Of a DNA stretch of 64,000 nt, positions 29,948 to 39,972 are shown in pieces. Below the pieces are notes generated by a model that was not told the origin of the DNA, searched no databases, and was given only the letters and a program-made list of their open reading frames with translations. Source of the stretch: Candidatus Bathyarchaeia archaeon. Lineage in GTDB: Archaea; Thermoproteota; Bathyarchaeia; Bathyarchaeales; Bathycorpusculaceae. The stretch lies in assembly GCA_049516875.1 (NCBI GenBank), contig JBEKSS010000007.1:175536-239535 (forward strand). The letters are read 5' to 3'. The position numbers and the translations under genes were made by a program. The first letter of the stretch is position 1. Every line of letters starts with the position of its first letter.

Positions 29948-32379
29948 CGGAGAAGAAGGAATCACAGCCAAAGCAGGATGGACAGGTTCGCATCGGAGTC
30001 TACGTTTGTCACTGCGGCTTGAACATCGCGGGTTCGGTGGACTGTGAGGAGGTTGCCAAGTATGCTGCGACCTTGCCGAATGTTGTTTTGGCTCAGGACA
30101 ATCGGTACACGTGTTCAGATCAGGGGCAGGCTGGGATAAAAAAGGATATTCAAGAGCAAAAGCTGAATCGCGTTGTGGTGGCATCATGTTCTCCCCGTCT
30201 TCACGAACCGACGTTTAGGAAGGCGTGTGAAGATGCCGGTTTGAACAAATATCTTTTTGAAATGGCTAACATCCGTGAACATTGCAGCTGGGTTCACCTG
30301 TACGATAAAGAAGCGGCCACGGAGAAGGCCAAGGACCTTGTGAAAATGGCTGTGGCCAAGGCTGCCCTGCTTGAGCCGGCGGTTGAGGCTGAGGTGCCGA
30401 TCATTCGGAAAGCCTTGGTTATCGGCGGCGGCGTGGCCGGCATTCAAGCGGCTTTGGATCTTGCTGACACTGGTTACAAGGTGTACTTGGTTGAGAAGGA
30501 ACCCAGCATTGGCGGGATGATGGCGAGGATCGACAAGACTTTCCCGACGATGGACTGTTCTATATGCATTCTTGCGCCCAAGATGTCCGATGCGGGCCAT
30601 CATCCAAACATTGAGCTCTTGACGAACAGTGAAGTTGCTGAAGTGAAGGGTTACATCGGCAACTTCCATGTAAAAGTGTCGAGGAAACCACGGTACGTGA
30701 CAAAGGATTGTTCGGCTTGCGGAGACTGTGTGAAGGTCTGTCCTATCGTGACTCCGAACGAGTTCGACGTGGGTTTGGCAGTGAGGCATGGTATTTACAC
30801 GCCTTTCGCTCAGGCTGTTCCGTCAACGTACATTATCGACATGAACTTGTGCCTCAACAAGGAAGGCGTCATCGTTTGTGACAAGTGCTTGAAGGCTTGT
30901 GAGAGGCAGGCGATAAGCTTCGAGATGAAGCCTGTGACCGAAGAGCTTGAGGTGGGTACGATAATCGTGGCGACTGGAGCAGACGTGTTTGACCCCTCGG
31001 TCCTGCCTAACTACGGGTACGGCAAGATTCCGAACGTGATCACGTCTCTTGAGTTTGAAAGGTTAATCAACGCTGGCGGGCCATCGGGCGGCCATTTGAT
31101 AAGGCCTAGTGACAAGCAAATTCCCAAACGTGTGACTTTCGTTCAGTGCGTCGGTTCACGGTCGGACAAGAGTGGAAGATTGTACTGTAGCAATGTCTGT
31201 TGCATGAACACGATTAAGGACAGCTTGTTGATTAAGGAACATTGGCCCGACACCGAGATCTACGTCTTTTACGTTGACATAAGAGCTTACGGCAAAGGTT
31301 TCGAGGACTTGTACAAGCGGGCTAGAAATGCAGGCGTGGTGTTCATCCGCGGACTACCAGCCGAGATTATCGAGGACAGGAAAACGCATAACGTGTGGCT
31401 CATAGGCGAGAACACTCTGAGGAAGGAAGTGTACAGGATAAACGCGGACATGGTCATTCTCTCGATAGGCTTAGAGGCAAGAAAAGACAGCGAGATGATT
31501 CAGCGTCTGCTGACGCTTTCAAGGAACCAAGATGGTTTCTTCTTGGAAGCACATCCGAAGCTTAGGCCTGTTGACGCGGCTACGGGCGGGGTTTTCTTTG
31601 CTGGTTGTGCTGAATCTCCCAAGGACATAAAAGACAGTGTGACTCAGGCCAGTGCAGCAGCAGGTCGTGCGGGCATCTTGATGGCAAAGGGACACGTGAC
31701 TGTTGAAGCCATCACGCCCATAACTTATCCTGATAAGTGCAAGGCTTGTGGACTCTGCGTGAAGGTCTGCCCGTACAACGCGATAAGTTTGAACAAGGAT
31801 TTGAAAAGAATAGAAGTCATTGAAGCAGCGTGCGGCGGCTGTGGCACATGCGCTGCAGAGTGCAACTTCGGCGCCTTGACCCAAAAGCATTTCACAGACG
31901 AGCAGATAACGGCCCAGATAGACGCTATCACGGAGAATGAACCGGAGAAGAAGATCGTTGCTTTCTGTTGCAACTGGTGTTCATACGCTGGCGCGGACTT
32001 TGCGGGGGTCAGTAGAATGCAGTACCCGCCGAACGCACGGATCATAAGGACGATGTGTTCTGGACGCGTTGCTCAGAAGTTTGTTGAGAGGGCTTTTGCA
32101 AGAGGAGCGGCGAGCGTGCTGGTGTCCGGTTGCCACCTAGGCGACTGCCACTACATTAACGCTAATTATCAGACGCAGAAGCGTGTGGAGCGGTTATGGA
32201 AGAAGATGGAGCAGAACGGGTTGGACAAGCAGAGGCTGCAGCTTCTGTGGGCTTCAGCGGCAGAAGGCGAAAGGTTTGCTTCGAAAATGCGTGAGATGAA
32301 GACGATAGTAGAGAATGTTAAGCCTGAGGAGATTGAGAAGGCCAAGAAGGTTTTCTCCAAGGCTTTGGAGGGTGACTAA
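29944..32379 (+). CDS. hdrA: Heterodisulfide reductase subunit A fused to MvhD
   Basis: VCHCG...ASCSP...IREHC, GGGVAG, TMDCSICIL, ferredoxin inserts, QCVGSR...CSNVCC; C-terminal FCCNWCSY...MCSGR...GCHLGDCHY. Confidence 0.93.
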   Translation: MTEKKESQPKQDGQVRIGVYVCHCGLNIAGSVDCEEVAKYAATLPNVVLAQDNRYTCSDQGQAGIKKDIQEQKLNRVVVASCSPRLHEPTFRKACEDAGLNKYLFEMANIREHCSWVHLYDKEAATEKAKDLVKMAVAKAALLEPAVEAEVPIIRKALVIGGGVAGIQAALDLADTGYKVYLVEKEPSIGGMMARIDKTFPTMDCSICILAPKMSDAGHHPNIELLTNSEVAEVKGYIGNFHVKVSRKPRYVTKDCSACGDCVKVCPIVTPNEFDVGLAVRHGIYTPFAQAVPSTYIIDMNLCLNKEGVIVCDKCLKACERQAISFEMKPVTEELEVGTIIVATGADVFDPSVLPNYGYGKIPNVITSLEFERLINAGGPSGGHLIRPSDKQIPKRVTFVQCVGSRSDKSGRLYCSNVCCMNTIKDSLLIKEHWPDTEIYVFYVDIRAYGKGFEDLYKRARNAGVVFIRGLPAEIIEDRKTHNVWLIGENTLRKEVYRINADMVILSIGLEARKDSEMIQRLLTLSRNQDGFFLEAHPKLRPVDAATGGVFFAGCAESPKDIKDSVTQASAAAGRAGILMAKGHVTVEAITPITYPDKCKACGLCVKVCPYNAISLNKDLKRIEVIEAACGGCGTCAAECNFGALTQKHFTDEQITAQIDAITENEPEKKIVAFCCNWCSYAGADFAGVSRMQYPPNARIIRTMCSGRVAQKFVERAFARGAASVLVSGCHLGDCHYINANYQTQKRVERLWKKMEQNGLDKQRLQLLWASAAEGERFASKMREMKTIVENVKPEEIEKAKKVFSKALEGD

Positions 32380-32382
32380 GCT

Positions 32383-32661
32383 ATGCCTGAAAGGATTCGG
32401 CATGCTCCACTTGACTTGGAAAAGGTCAAGCCCGCAAAAGCGGAAATTCATCTGATCAAAGATGAGTGCAAGGGATGCGGTTACTGCATTGAATTCTGTC
32501 CGAAGAAGGTTCTAGAAGAATCAGATGAAATAAACGCTAGAGGTGTTCACCCGCCACGAATCGTGGATGAAAGCAAATGCATAATCTGCAGCTTCTGCAG
32601 TGCAGTCTGCCCAGATTTTGCAATTTTCGTGGTTGACAAAGAGAACAAGGAAGGGAAATGA
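32383..32661 (+). CDS. 2-oxoacid:ferredoxin oxidoreductase delta subunit (ferredoxin)
   Basis: CKGCGYCIEFCP and CIICSFCSAVCPDFAI. Confidence 0.9.
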   Translation: MPERIRHAPLDLEKVKPAKAEIHLIKDECKGCGYCIEFCPKKVLEESDEINARGVHPPRIVDESKCIICSFCSAVCPDFAIFVVDKENKEGK

Positions 32662-32662
32662 T

Positions 32663-33814
32663 ATGCCCAAAGTGAAGAGTGGTTTAACAGGCGCGCATTT
32701 CATGAACGGCGACGTGGCCTGCGCTGAAGGCGCAATAGCGGCTGGTTGCAGATTTTTTGCCGGTTACCCGATTACGCCTGCAACAGAAATTGCTGAACAC
32801 CTGTCTCAGAGGATGCCCGAGTTTGGTGGAATCTACGTACAAATGGAAGACGAAATTGCATCATTGGCCGCTGTGATCGGCGCTTCCTATTCTGGTTTGA
32901 AAGCTATGACCGCCACTTCGGGACCTGGTTTCAGTCTTATGCAAGAAAACATTGGGCTTGCCGTGATGACTGAGGCTCCATGCGTGATCGTGGACGTTAT
33001 GCGTGGAGGGCCGAGCACTGGGCAACCTACATTGCCCGGGCAGCAGGATGTGATGCAGGCCAAGTGGGGTTCACATGGTGATTATGGAATTATAGCTCTG
33101 ACGCCCAGTTCGGTTCAGGAGATGTTCGATTTGACCGTTGAAGCCTTCAATCTTTCTGAAGCTTACCGTGTTCCGACTTTGCTGATGGGAGACGAGATCG
33201 TCGGCCATATGTGGGAGAAAGTGGTGATTCCTTCGGCAGACAAGATAAAGACTGTCAACCGTAAGAAGCCGAATGTGCCGCCTGAGAAGTACATGCCTTT
33301 CAAGCCTGACGACGATTTGGTGCCCCCCATGGCATGCTTCGGAGAAGGATATCATTTCCACGCGACGGGCTTGACGCACAATGAGCATGGTTATCCGCGG
33401 ACGTCAAGTTCCGAAGTCCAATCTAAGCTGGTCAACCGGTTGTGTGACAAGATTCAGAAGAACGCGGACAAGATAGTCCGGGTTGAAGAGGTCATGCTGG
33501 AAGATGCGGACGTTGTAGTCGTAGCTTACGGCATAGTTGCTCGCGCAGCTTTGAGTGCGATTAAAAAAGCGCGAGAGAAAGGGATCAAAGCGGGGCTTCT
33601 GCGATTGATAACCTTATGGCCTTTCCCAGAGGAACAGGTCGCAAAAGCTGCAAAAAGCGCAAAGGCGATTGTCGTTGCCGAAATGAACTGCGGACAAATG
33701 GTGCGAGAAGTTGAAAGAGCCGCAAAAGAGACTCCTGTTGTGTTTCTCTCGAAGTTGGGCGAGGAACCTCACACTCCTCTAGAGATCCTTGAGGCGATAA
33801 GGAGGAAAAGATAA
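32663..33814 (+). CDS. korA: 2-oxoacid:ferredoxin oxidoreductase alpha subunit (KorA-like)
   Basis: AGYPITPATE, QMEDE, TATSGPG, RGGPSTG; substrate specificity not established. Confidence 0.9.
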   Translation: MPKVKSGLTGAHFMNGDVACAEGAIAAGCRFFAGYPITPATEIAEHLSQRMPEFGGIYVQMEDEIASLAAVIGASYSGLKAMTATSGPGFSLMQENIGLAVMTEAPCVIVDVMRGGPSTGQPTLPGQQDVMQAKWGSHGDYGIIALTPSSVQEMFDLTVEAFNLSEAYRVPTLLMGDEIVGHMWEKVVIPSADKIKTVNRKKPNVPPEKYMPFKPDDDLVPPMACFGEGYHFHATGLTHNEHGYPRTSSSEVQSKLVNRLCDKIQKNADKIVRVEEVMLEDADVVVVAYGIVARAALSAIKKAREKGIKAGLLRLITLWPFPEEQVAKAAKSAKAIVVAEMNCGQMVREVERAAKETPVVFLSKLGEEPHTPLEILEAIRRKR

Positions 33815-34671
33815 TGGTCCAAGAAACTGTCCCTGTGGTCGTGCATCCGTTTTCAAAGTATTTGAGAGCCGACATGATGCCGCACATATGGTGCCAGGGC
33901 TGCGGCAACGGTGTGCTGTTGAACTGTTTCGTACACGCGTTGGATGAGCTTCAGACGGATTTGAACAAGCTAGTCGTTGTCTCAGGCATCGGCTGTATTG
34001 GACGAACGGCTGGGTACATGAATGCCGATTCGTTCCACACGACACACGGTCGTGCGTTGGCTTTTTCGACCGGAGTGAAGCTGGCTAACCCCGAGCTGGA
34101 GGTCGTGGTCATAAGTGGTGATGGTGACCTCTTCGCGATAGGCGGGAACCATTTCATACACGCAGCCAGGAGAAACATTGGAATTAAGGTTCTATGCGCC
34201 AACAATCTGAACTATGGTATGACTGGAGGGCAACAGGGTCCTACGACGCCGCTTGAATCGGTAACGACTACGAGCCCGTACGGGAACATTGAGCATCCGT
34301 TCAACCTTGTGCATTTGGCGGCGGCATCCGGAGCCACATACGTTGCCAGATGGACGTCCTTGCACGTGCGCCAGTTGACACAGTCCATTAAGAAGATGTT
34401 GCAGAAGGAGGGTTTCTGTTTTGTTGAAATGCTTTCACCTTGCCCTGAAATTTATGGTCGATACAACAAGATGCGGTCAGGGCTTGAGATGATGAGCTGG
34501 TTCAAGAAGGCTTCAGTTGTTGAAAACTTCTCAGATCCATCCAAAGCAGAGATTACACAGGAGAAAATAGCGGTGGGCGAATTCGTGGACATTGAAAAAC
34601 TGAGCTATGAGAAGATGGTGCATGAGAAGATTTCCAAGATTAACGAGAAGGCGATTGAAGGAGTGAGTTAA
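33814..34671 (+). CDS. korB: 2-oxoacid:ferredoxin oxidoreductase beta subunit
   Basis: WCQGCG, SGIGC, HGRA, TPP motif GDGD...NN, YGMTGGQ. Confidence 0.9.
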   Translation: MVQETVPVVVHPFSKYLRADMMPHIWCQGCGNGVLLNCFVHALDELQTDLNKLVVVSGIGCIGRTAGYMNADSFHTTHGRALAFSTGVKLANPELEVVVISGDGDLFAIGGNHFIHAARRNIGIKVLCANNLNYGMTGGQQGPTTPLESVTTTSPYGNIEHPFNLVHLAAASGATYVARWTSLHVRQLTQSIKKMLQKEGFCFVEMLSPCPEIYGRYNKMRSGLEMMSWFKKASVVENFSDPSKAEITQEKIAVGEFVDIEKLSYEKMVHEKISKINEKAIEGVS

Positions 34672-34672
34672 C

Positions 34673-35215
34673 ATGCGAGTCGAGATCAGGTTTGCAGGTT
34701 TCGGCGGTCAAGGAATAATCAAGTCTGGAATAATCGTGGCGGCGGCAGCCTGCATCCACGCTGGAAAAAACGCGGTTCAGACGCAGTCCTACGGTCCTGA
34801 ATCACGCGGTGGAGCATGTAAGTCGGAGGTTGTGATATCAGAAGAAGAGATTGATTTTCCGAAGGTGGTTGAACCTGACGTGCTTGTGCTAATGTCTCAG
34901 CACGCCTACAATGATTATGCTGAGGACGTGAAGTCTGGTGGTACCGTGATATTGGATCCTGGTATGATTCCCCGCGAGAAGGATTTGAAGAACATGCGAG
35001 TATACCGTGTTCCAGCGACGAAAATCGCTGAAGAATTGGGTCGAAGAATAGTTGCCAACATCGTCATGATTGGCGCATTTACTGCAATCACCGGGTTGTT
35101 GGATGAAAAAGCTGTGAAAGAGTCTATTAAAGAGAATATTCCGAGGGGTACGGAAGAGTTGAATTTAGCGGCTTTTGAGAAAGGATTTGAATACGGAAAA
35201 ACTGCTAAAAGATAG
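34673..35215 (+). CDS. 2-oxoacid:ferredoxin oxidoreductase gamma subunit
   Basis: AGFGGQG, SYGPESRGG, ANIVMIG. Confidence 0.9.
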   Translation: MRVEIRFAGFGGQGIIKSGIIVAAAACIHAGKNAVQTQSYGPESRGGACKSEVVISEEEIDFPKVVEPDVLVLMSQHAYNDYAEDVKSGGTVILDPGMIPREKDLKNMRVYRVPATKIAEELGRRIVANIVMIGAFTAITGLLDEKAVKESIKENIPRGTEELNLAAFEKGFEYGKTAKR

Positions 35216-35219
35216 CGGT

Positions 35220-35828
35220 CTACGCGGTTTGCTGAACTTGCGGTTGGGCCGGTGAGGCTATTACTTTTGAGCCTCTGATGCCGACGTGGCGCAGCGGAGC
35301 AATTCTTTTTGCTTCGTTGTATATGTCTGAAGCTATTTTTCCGAGGACTATTTCCTGTGCCAGTTGATCCATTGTGAGCACTTGAGCCTTCTGTTTTACG
35401 ATTTTGTCCATTATGGTGCGCAGGATTTTTTCTTGCGATGTCTTGATTCTTGAAAGGGTGAAAGCGCTGACAGCTACCCTCAGTACGTATCCGTCCTTTG
35501 TTGTGACTTTGAACAGGCCATCAACTTTTGTTGTCCTTCTCCTAACGAGGCTTCGCAAATAGTCCCGGGAGTATTCGTGTCCCTTGAACATTGTTTTGGC
35601 CGTTTTTCCGTCAATTTCGGTTATCTGGAACCGCATTTTCAGGTATTGGTGAGCAAAATCGTTTGTTATGTCGTAGAGCGTCGAGTCAACCACTCTTCCA
35701 ATGAGTTTCTGCGGTTCATCAGCGGGAATTCCTCCCAGTTCCACGCTTCCGAAGTAGGGTGGAGCCATCACCAAGTACCATAACTTGCTTCGCCATTTGT
35801 CACGCACTTTTTTTGTTTTTGAAGACAC
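35220..35828 (-). CDS. rps3ae: 30S ribosomal protein S3Ae (eS1)
   Basis: DKWRSKLWY, DYLRSLVRRRTTKVD, IAPLR. Confidence 0.95.
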   Translation of the reverse strand: MSSKTKKVRDKWRSKLWYLVMAPPYFGSVELGGIPADEPQKLIGRVVDSTLYDITNDFAHQYLKMRFQITEIDGKTAKTMFKGHEYSRDYLRSLVRRRTTKVDGLFKVTTKDGYVLRVAVSAFTLSRIKTSQEKILRTIMDKIVKQKAQVLTMDQLAQEIVLGKIASDIYNEAKRIAPLRHVGIRGSKVIASPAQPQVQQTA

Positions 35829-35878
35829 TTTTATCCTCCAGGTGCAGCTTGAATGTTCACATCAAAGTATTAAAAGTT

Positions 35879-37168
35879 TTACCGCTTGGAGGCTATTTTT
35901 TCGATTCCGCCCATGTATTTCCTTAACGCTTCAGGTATCATTACTGATCCGTCTTCCTGTTGGTAATTCTCAAGGATGGCGACGATTGTTCTCCCTGTTG
36001 CCAGAGCTGTCGAGTTCAGGGTGTGCACGAAGCCTTTGGGTGCTTCGCCCTCCTTTTCTCGGTACTTTACATTCAGTCTTCTAGCTTGATAGTCGGTGCA
36101 GTTGCTGCATGAAACTATCTCTCGGTAGGCGTTCTGGGCGGGCATCCATGCTTCAATATCGTATTTCTTCGCAGCTACGGTTCCAATATCGCCTGTGCAC
36201 ACGTTCACAACGCGGTAGGGGAGCTCGAGTTTCTGAACGATTTCTTCGGCGTTGTGTATCAATTCTTCGTGGATTCTCCATGAGTCTTCAGGTTTACAGA
36301 ACACGAACTGTTCAACCTTGTTGAACTGGTGGGTTCGGAAGATTCCCCGCGTGTCCTTGCCGTGTGCTCCCGCTTCTTTCCTGAAGTTTGTGCTGAACCC
36401 GGCAAGCTTGAGAGGCAGGTCCTCTGCCTTCAGGACTTCGTCCATGTACATCGATGCCAAAGGGTGTTCGGCAGTGGCGATTAGGTACAGGTCTTCATTT
36501 TCAATCTTGTAAAGCACATCTTCAAAGTCGCTGAGAGCCACTACGCCTTCGTAGGGTTTCCGTCTGATTAGGTAGGGTGGTTCGATGGGAGTGTAGCCCT
36601 TCTTGCTCATTTCTTCTAGGGCGAAGTTGATTATGGCGTTGTCGAGGAAGACAGCGTCGTTCTTGAGGTAGAAGAATCGTGCCCCAGCGATTTTTCCCGC
36701 TCTTTCGATGTCTATGATGTCAAGGTCCAGGCCCAGGTCGATGTGGCCTTTTACTGGAAAACTGAATTTGGGTATTCTGCCCCATTTTCTGATTTCAACG
36801 TTGTCGTTTTCGTCTTTGCCCGTGGGCACGGTTTCGTGAAGCAAGTTTGGCAGGCGCATCAGTAAGTCATGCACCTTTTCTTCCCATTCGCTGACGCGCT
36901 TCTCGAGAGTAGTGATTTCATTGTCAGTTGTTTTTGCCTTGGAGATTTTATCTGCAGCATCTTCCCCCTTTTTCTTCGCAGTGGCTATCTCGGCCGTTAT
37001 CTGCCTTCTCTCGTGGCGGAGCTCGTTCAGTCTGGTTAAGCCTTGCCGCCACTGTTTGTCATAACCGATCAGACTGTCGAGCATTCTCTGGTCTTCAGGG
37101 TCTCCTCTCTTCTCTAGGTTGTTTCTCACCAAGTCTGGGTTCTCGCGAATGAGCTTGATATCAAGCAT
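35879..37168 (-). CDS. serS: Serine--tRNA ligase
   Basis: MLDIKLIREN coiled coil, FRKEAG...RTHQF, SCSNCTDYQARR, HTLNST. Confidence 0.97.
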   Translation of the reverse strand: MLDIKLIRENPDLVRNNLEKRGDPEDQRMLDSLIGYDKQWRQGLTRLNELRHERRQITAEIATAKKKGEDAADKISKAKTTDNEITTLEKRVSEWEEKVHDLLMRLPNLLHETVPTGKDENDNVEIRKWGRIPKFSFPVKGHIDLGLDLDIIDIERAGKIAGARFFYLKNDAVFLDNAIINFALEEMSKKGYTPIEPPYLIRRKPYEGVVALSDFEDVLYKIENEDLYLIATAEHPLASMYMDEVLKAEDLPLKLAGFSTNFRKEAGAHGKDTRGIFRTHQFNKVEQFVFCKPEDSWRIHEELIHNAEEIVQKLELPYRVVNVCTGDIGTVAAKKYDIEAWMPAQNAYREIVSCSNCTDYQARRLNVKYREKEGEAPKGFVHTLNSTALATGRTIVAILENYQQEDGSVMIPEALRKYMGGIEKIASKR

Positions 37169-37372
37169 TTTCTGTCACTTATAACCTCTAACGTAGCCTC
37201 GAATTGTTTATTTAACGTTGTGATAGAAGCCGTGGTCAGGCGACTATCTTTCGATTATTGAATCACAGTTGGACTTGCGCGCGCTTGTTTTGTGTGTGTG
37301 CGTGTTTTTTTAGAGAGTAGGGGGGAGAGGGGTAGCGTATGCGTGTGCGTTAAGAAAAATGAGAGAGAGAAA

Positions 37373-37398
37373 GATAAGACTTTACCCCCAAACCCACC
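37373..37398 (-). repeat. GGGTTTGGG palindrome family member (inverted relative to 38001)
   Basis: Reverse complement GTGGGTTTGGGGGTAAAGTCTTATC versus GTGGGTTTTGGGGGTAAAGTTCTATC at 38001. Confidence 0.7.
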
Positions 37399-37451
37399 CC
37401 CGTTATTTTTATATCTTGTGCTGCCATGCTTACCTGTAGGAGGAAACTACT

Positions 37452-37775
37452 TTGGTCTTCGGTCTAGCTCGGAAGTCCAAATACGAAGAGTTGCAGAAAC
37501 AGAACGATGAGTTGAAGGCGTACATGAATGTCGTGACTGGCCAGGTGGAGACGCTTCGAAGAGAGGTTGCAGAGTTAAGAAAGGAGACGAAGGCGTCTAA
37601 ACAAAGAATCTGGCAGCTTCGAAAAGAAACTAACAACCTGCGTGTTCAAAAGGAGGGACTCGCAGATTCTGTCGAAATCCTTACCAAGGAGAGGGAGATA
37701 TTTCAAAAAACCATTCAAAACCTTTGGCAGGCGACAAGGAAACAAAAGCAGACTAATTTGGCTAGATTTGCCTAG
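37452..37775 (+). CDS. Small coiled-coil protein
   Basis: Heptad-rich 107-aa ORF; AGGAGG SD before the TTG start. Confidence 0.7.
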   Translation: MVFGLARKSKYEELQKQNDELKAYMNVVTGQVETLRREVAELRKETKASKQRIWQLRKETNNLRVQKEGLADSVEILTKEREIFQKTIQNLWQATRKQKQTNLARFA

Positions 37776-38000
37776 GACGAGCGCGGAAGTCCGATTGATC
37801 TGAGGGCTCCCATTGTTGAGCTGGGCCCAAACCTATTAGCCAGCAAGCGACGGACCGCGTACAATCGGTTTTTCTGTTTTGCCGAGATTCTGCCATACTT
37901 CTTGGATAAGAAACGAATCAGCAGGCACCTCTATTATAACAATGACGACGGTAGGCCACCTTTCGAGTTTGGATGGTATACTTGTCGAGTGGGTTAAGCT

Positions 38001-38038
38001 GTGGGTTTTGGGGGTAAAGTTCTATCCCAAACCCAAAC
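38001..38038 (+). repeat. GGGTTTGGG...CCCAAACCC imperfect palindrome
   Basis: GTGGGTTTTGGGGGTA-AAGTTC-TATCCCAAACCCAAAC. Confidence 0.75.
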
Positions 38039-38065
38039 TGAGAAAAGAAAAAACTGGGTGGCACT

Positions 38066-39064
38066 TCAGATCGTTGCGGTTTCCTTCTTGACTATGTTCA
38101 GTTTTTCTGCTATGGTTGCGAAGTTCTGCGTGGATTTGGGTCTCAGGATTATTCTGTCTGCACGGAATCTCTTTCCAAGGGATAGAACCCAGAACCATGT
38201 TGGCAGACGGTCAATAATGAAAATGGTCACATGCTCTTCTTTTTTAGCTCGAAATGATGGTAGAGGCCTGAGAAAGAACCATCGTTGTTTCTCTTCCTTC
38301 GTGACAGTATATCCATATATCTTGTTGATTTCGTATAGTCTGAAAAAGTTGAGGAAAGGAGCCTCGATGAGCAAGCCCCCAGTCGATAGGTAAATCTTTA
38401 CGTATGCAAGTGCAATCGATGAAAAGACGCCAAATACGGTTATGAAAACCAAAACAAGGTATAGCCATGGATAGCTAGGAATAAGCACGGGCGCTTGAGA
38501 AATGAATGCCAGAATGAAAGCCCATTGCAAGAAGACCCATCTTCCGCCAATGTTTTGCTGAAACAGAACGCTTTCAAAATACTTTGCCTGTCTCCTCTTA
38601 CTCACCGAGTAAACAACGCTAAGAGAACCTAATAACAAGGGAATCATAGCATACATCAGCGCCGGATGTGCGTATGCTGGGGCGGTTGTAAGCACTTCAC
38701 CATAGACGAAATATCCCGAGGACTGTGAGATGTAGACTTGCCATGAGCCACATTCTGGCACGGGATAATCCTCATTTACAGTTTCGTTTTGCCATTGCGC
38801 CAAGGTGGTACCGTTCGGCGCATCAATTCTTACGATAACTGGTTCTATTGACCTTACACGGATATGAATTGTATCTGGCAATGTAAGAATAAGAATTTCG
38901 CAACGATCGGGCGCTAATCCTCCCACGACCCTTCCAGTCTTAGATATTCCTGCTCCTCCACCTGCATAGTAGACAGGAAGTCCAGTTCCATAAACCAAGA
39001 AAAACATTCCAAATACCAGAAGCATAATGCCGATTATCGCCAGAGACTTCCACCGCAACATCAA
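38066..39064 (-). CDS. Hypothetical membrane protein
   Basis: 332 aa with a signal/TM segment, an extracellular domain, three more TMs and a basic cytoplasmic tail. Confidence 0.7.
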   Translation of the reverse strand: MMLRWKSLAIIGIMLLVFGMFFLVYGTGLPVYYAGGGAGISKTGRVVGGLAPDRCEILILTLPDTIHIRVRSIEPVIVRIDAPNGTTLAQWQNETVNEDYPVPECGSWQVYISQSSGYFVYGEVLTTAPAYAHPALMYAMIPLLLGSLSVVYSVSKRRQAKYFESVLFQQNIGGRWVFLQWAFILAFISQAPVLIPSYPWLYLVLVFITVFGVFSSIALAYVKIYLSTGGLLIEAPFLNFFRLYEINKIYGYTVTKEEKQRWFFLRPLPSFRAKKEEHVTIFIIDRLPTWFWVLSLGKRFRADRIILRPKSTQNFATIAEKLNIVKKETATI

Positions 39065-39324
39065 TCAGAGAATCGTGAGTTGCCTCAACCTAAATAACTT
39101 TCCTTCCACACTGTATTTGCCATCCTAATCAAAAAGGCACGGGGCTTCCTGCAACAAACTTGAGCAAAGGAGTGGACAGAAAATAAATACTCGTTTCTAT
39201 GACCATAGTAGTGATTGATGATGGGTGCCCGTCATCTGATTCCTTATCAGGGTAGCAAACGAGGGATAGCAAATAAAATACGCGATTGTTTTCGCGCGCG
39301 CTGGAAGATTTGGCCACGTTTGCC

Positions 39325-39855
39325 CTATTCTCTTTTTGCACTCATTTCCAATAGATGTTTTGCAACGGTTGAGAAGGTCAAGTATCGATAGTGGACTTTG
39401 TCATTAAGGTCTATTATGAAACTGTGGAGTTCAAATCTGCTTGAGGAAGCAAACTGTTTCAGCCATCGTTGGAACTCAACGTATTTGGAATAGGTCTCAT
39501 GGAGAGAAATCACCACGCCATTAGCATCTTCGCCTACGCCTCTCTCGATCATCACGGCCTGAGGTATTTCCGCCAACCGTTTTCCATATTCTTCAATGAG
39601 CTCCCTCATGGCTTGCAGGTCAGCTGGCGTTTCGAAATTTGCAAAAGTCAAGGCGCATATCTGATATCCGAGTTTGTTGAAATCTGGGATAACAGTGTAT
39701 TCTTTGAGAACGCCATTCTTCTCTAACTTCGCTATTGTTCTACTCACAGTAGGCTGAGAGACTCCAATTGCTTTCGCAAGTTCTCTGTCGCTTCTCCGAC
39801 TGTTCTTCATAAGCTCTGAAATCAGTCTCAGCTCAGCAGTTTTCATACGCAACAA
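39325..39855 (-). CDS. Lrp/AsnC-family transcriptional regulator
   Basis: NSRRSDRELAKAIGVSQPTV...LEKNGVLKEYTVIPDFNKLGY. Confidence 0.9.
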   Translation of the reverse strand: MLRMKTAELRLISELMKNSRRSDRELAKAIGVSQPTVSRTIAKLEKNGVLKEYTVIPDFNKLGYQICALTFANFETPADLQAMRELIEEYGKRLAEIPQAVMIERGVGEDANGVVISLHETYSKYVEFQRWLKQFASSSRFELHSFIIDLNDKVHYRYLTFSTVAKHLLEMSAKRE

Positions 39856-39972
39856 CTACTTATATTGCAGTTTGTCTTCAGTTAAGCTTTTTGTTTCATT
39901 CTATTCAAGTATGCGTACAGACGCACATGTGAATAAATGCATCATCGTCGTTGTCATCGTCACAAAACAATC

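Noticed and set aside
37290-37372. GT and GA dinucleotide low-complexity stretch and its 72-aa ORF
   Set aside because: Short imperfect microsatellite-like sequence; the ORF composition is not protein-like
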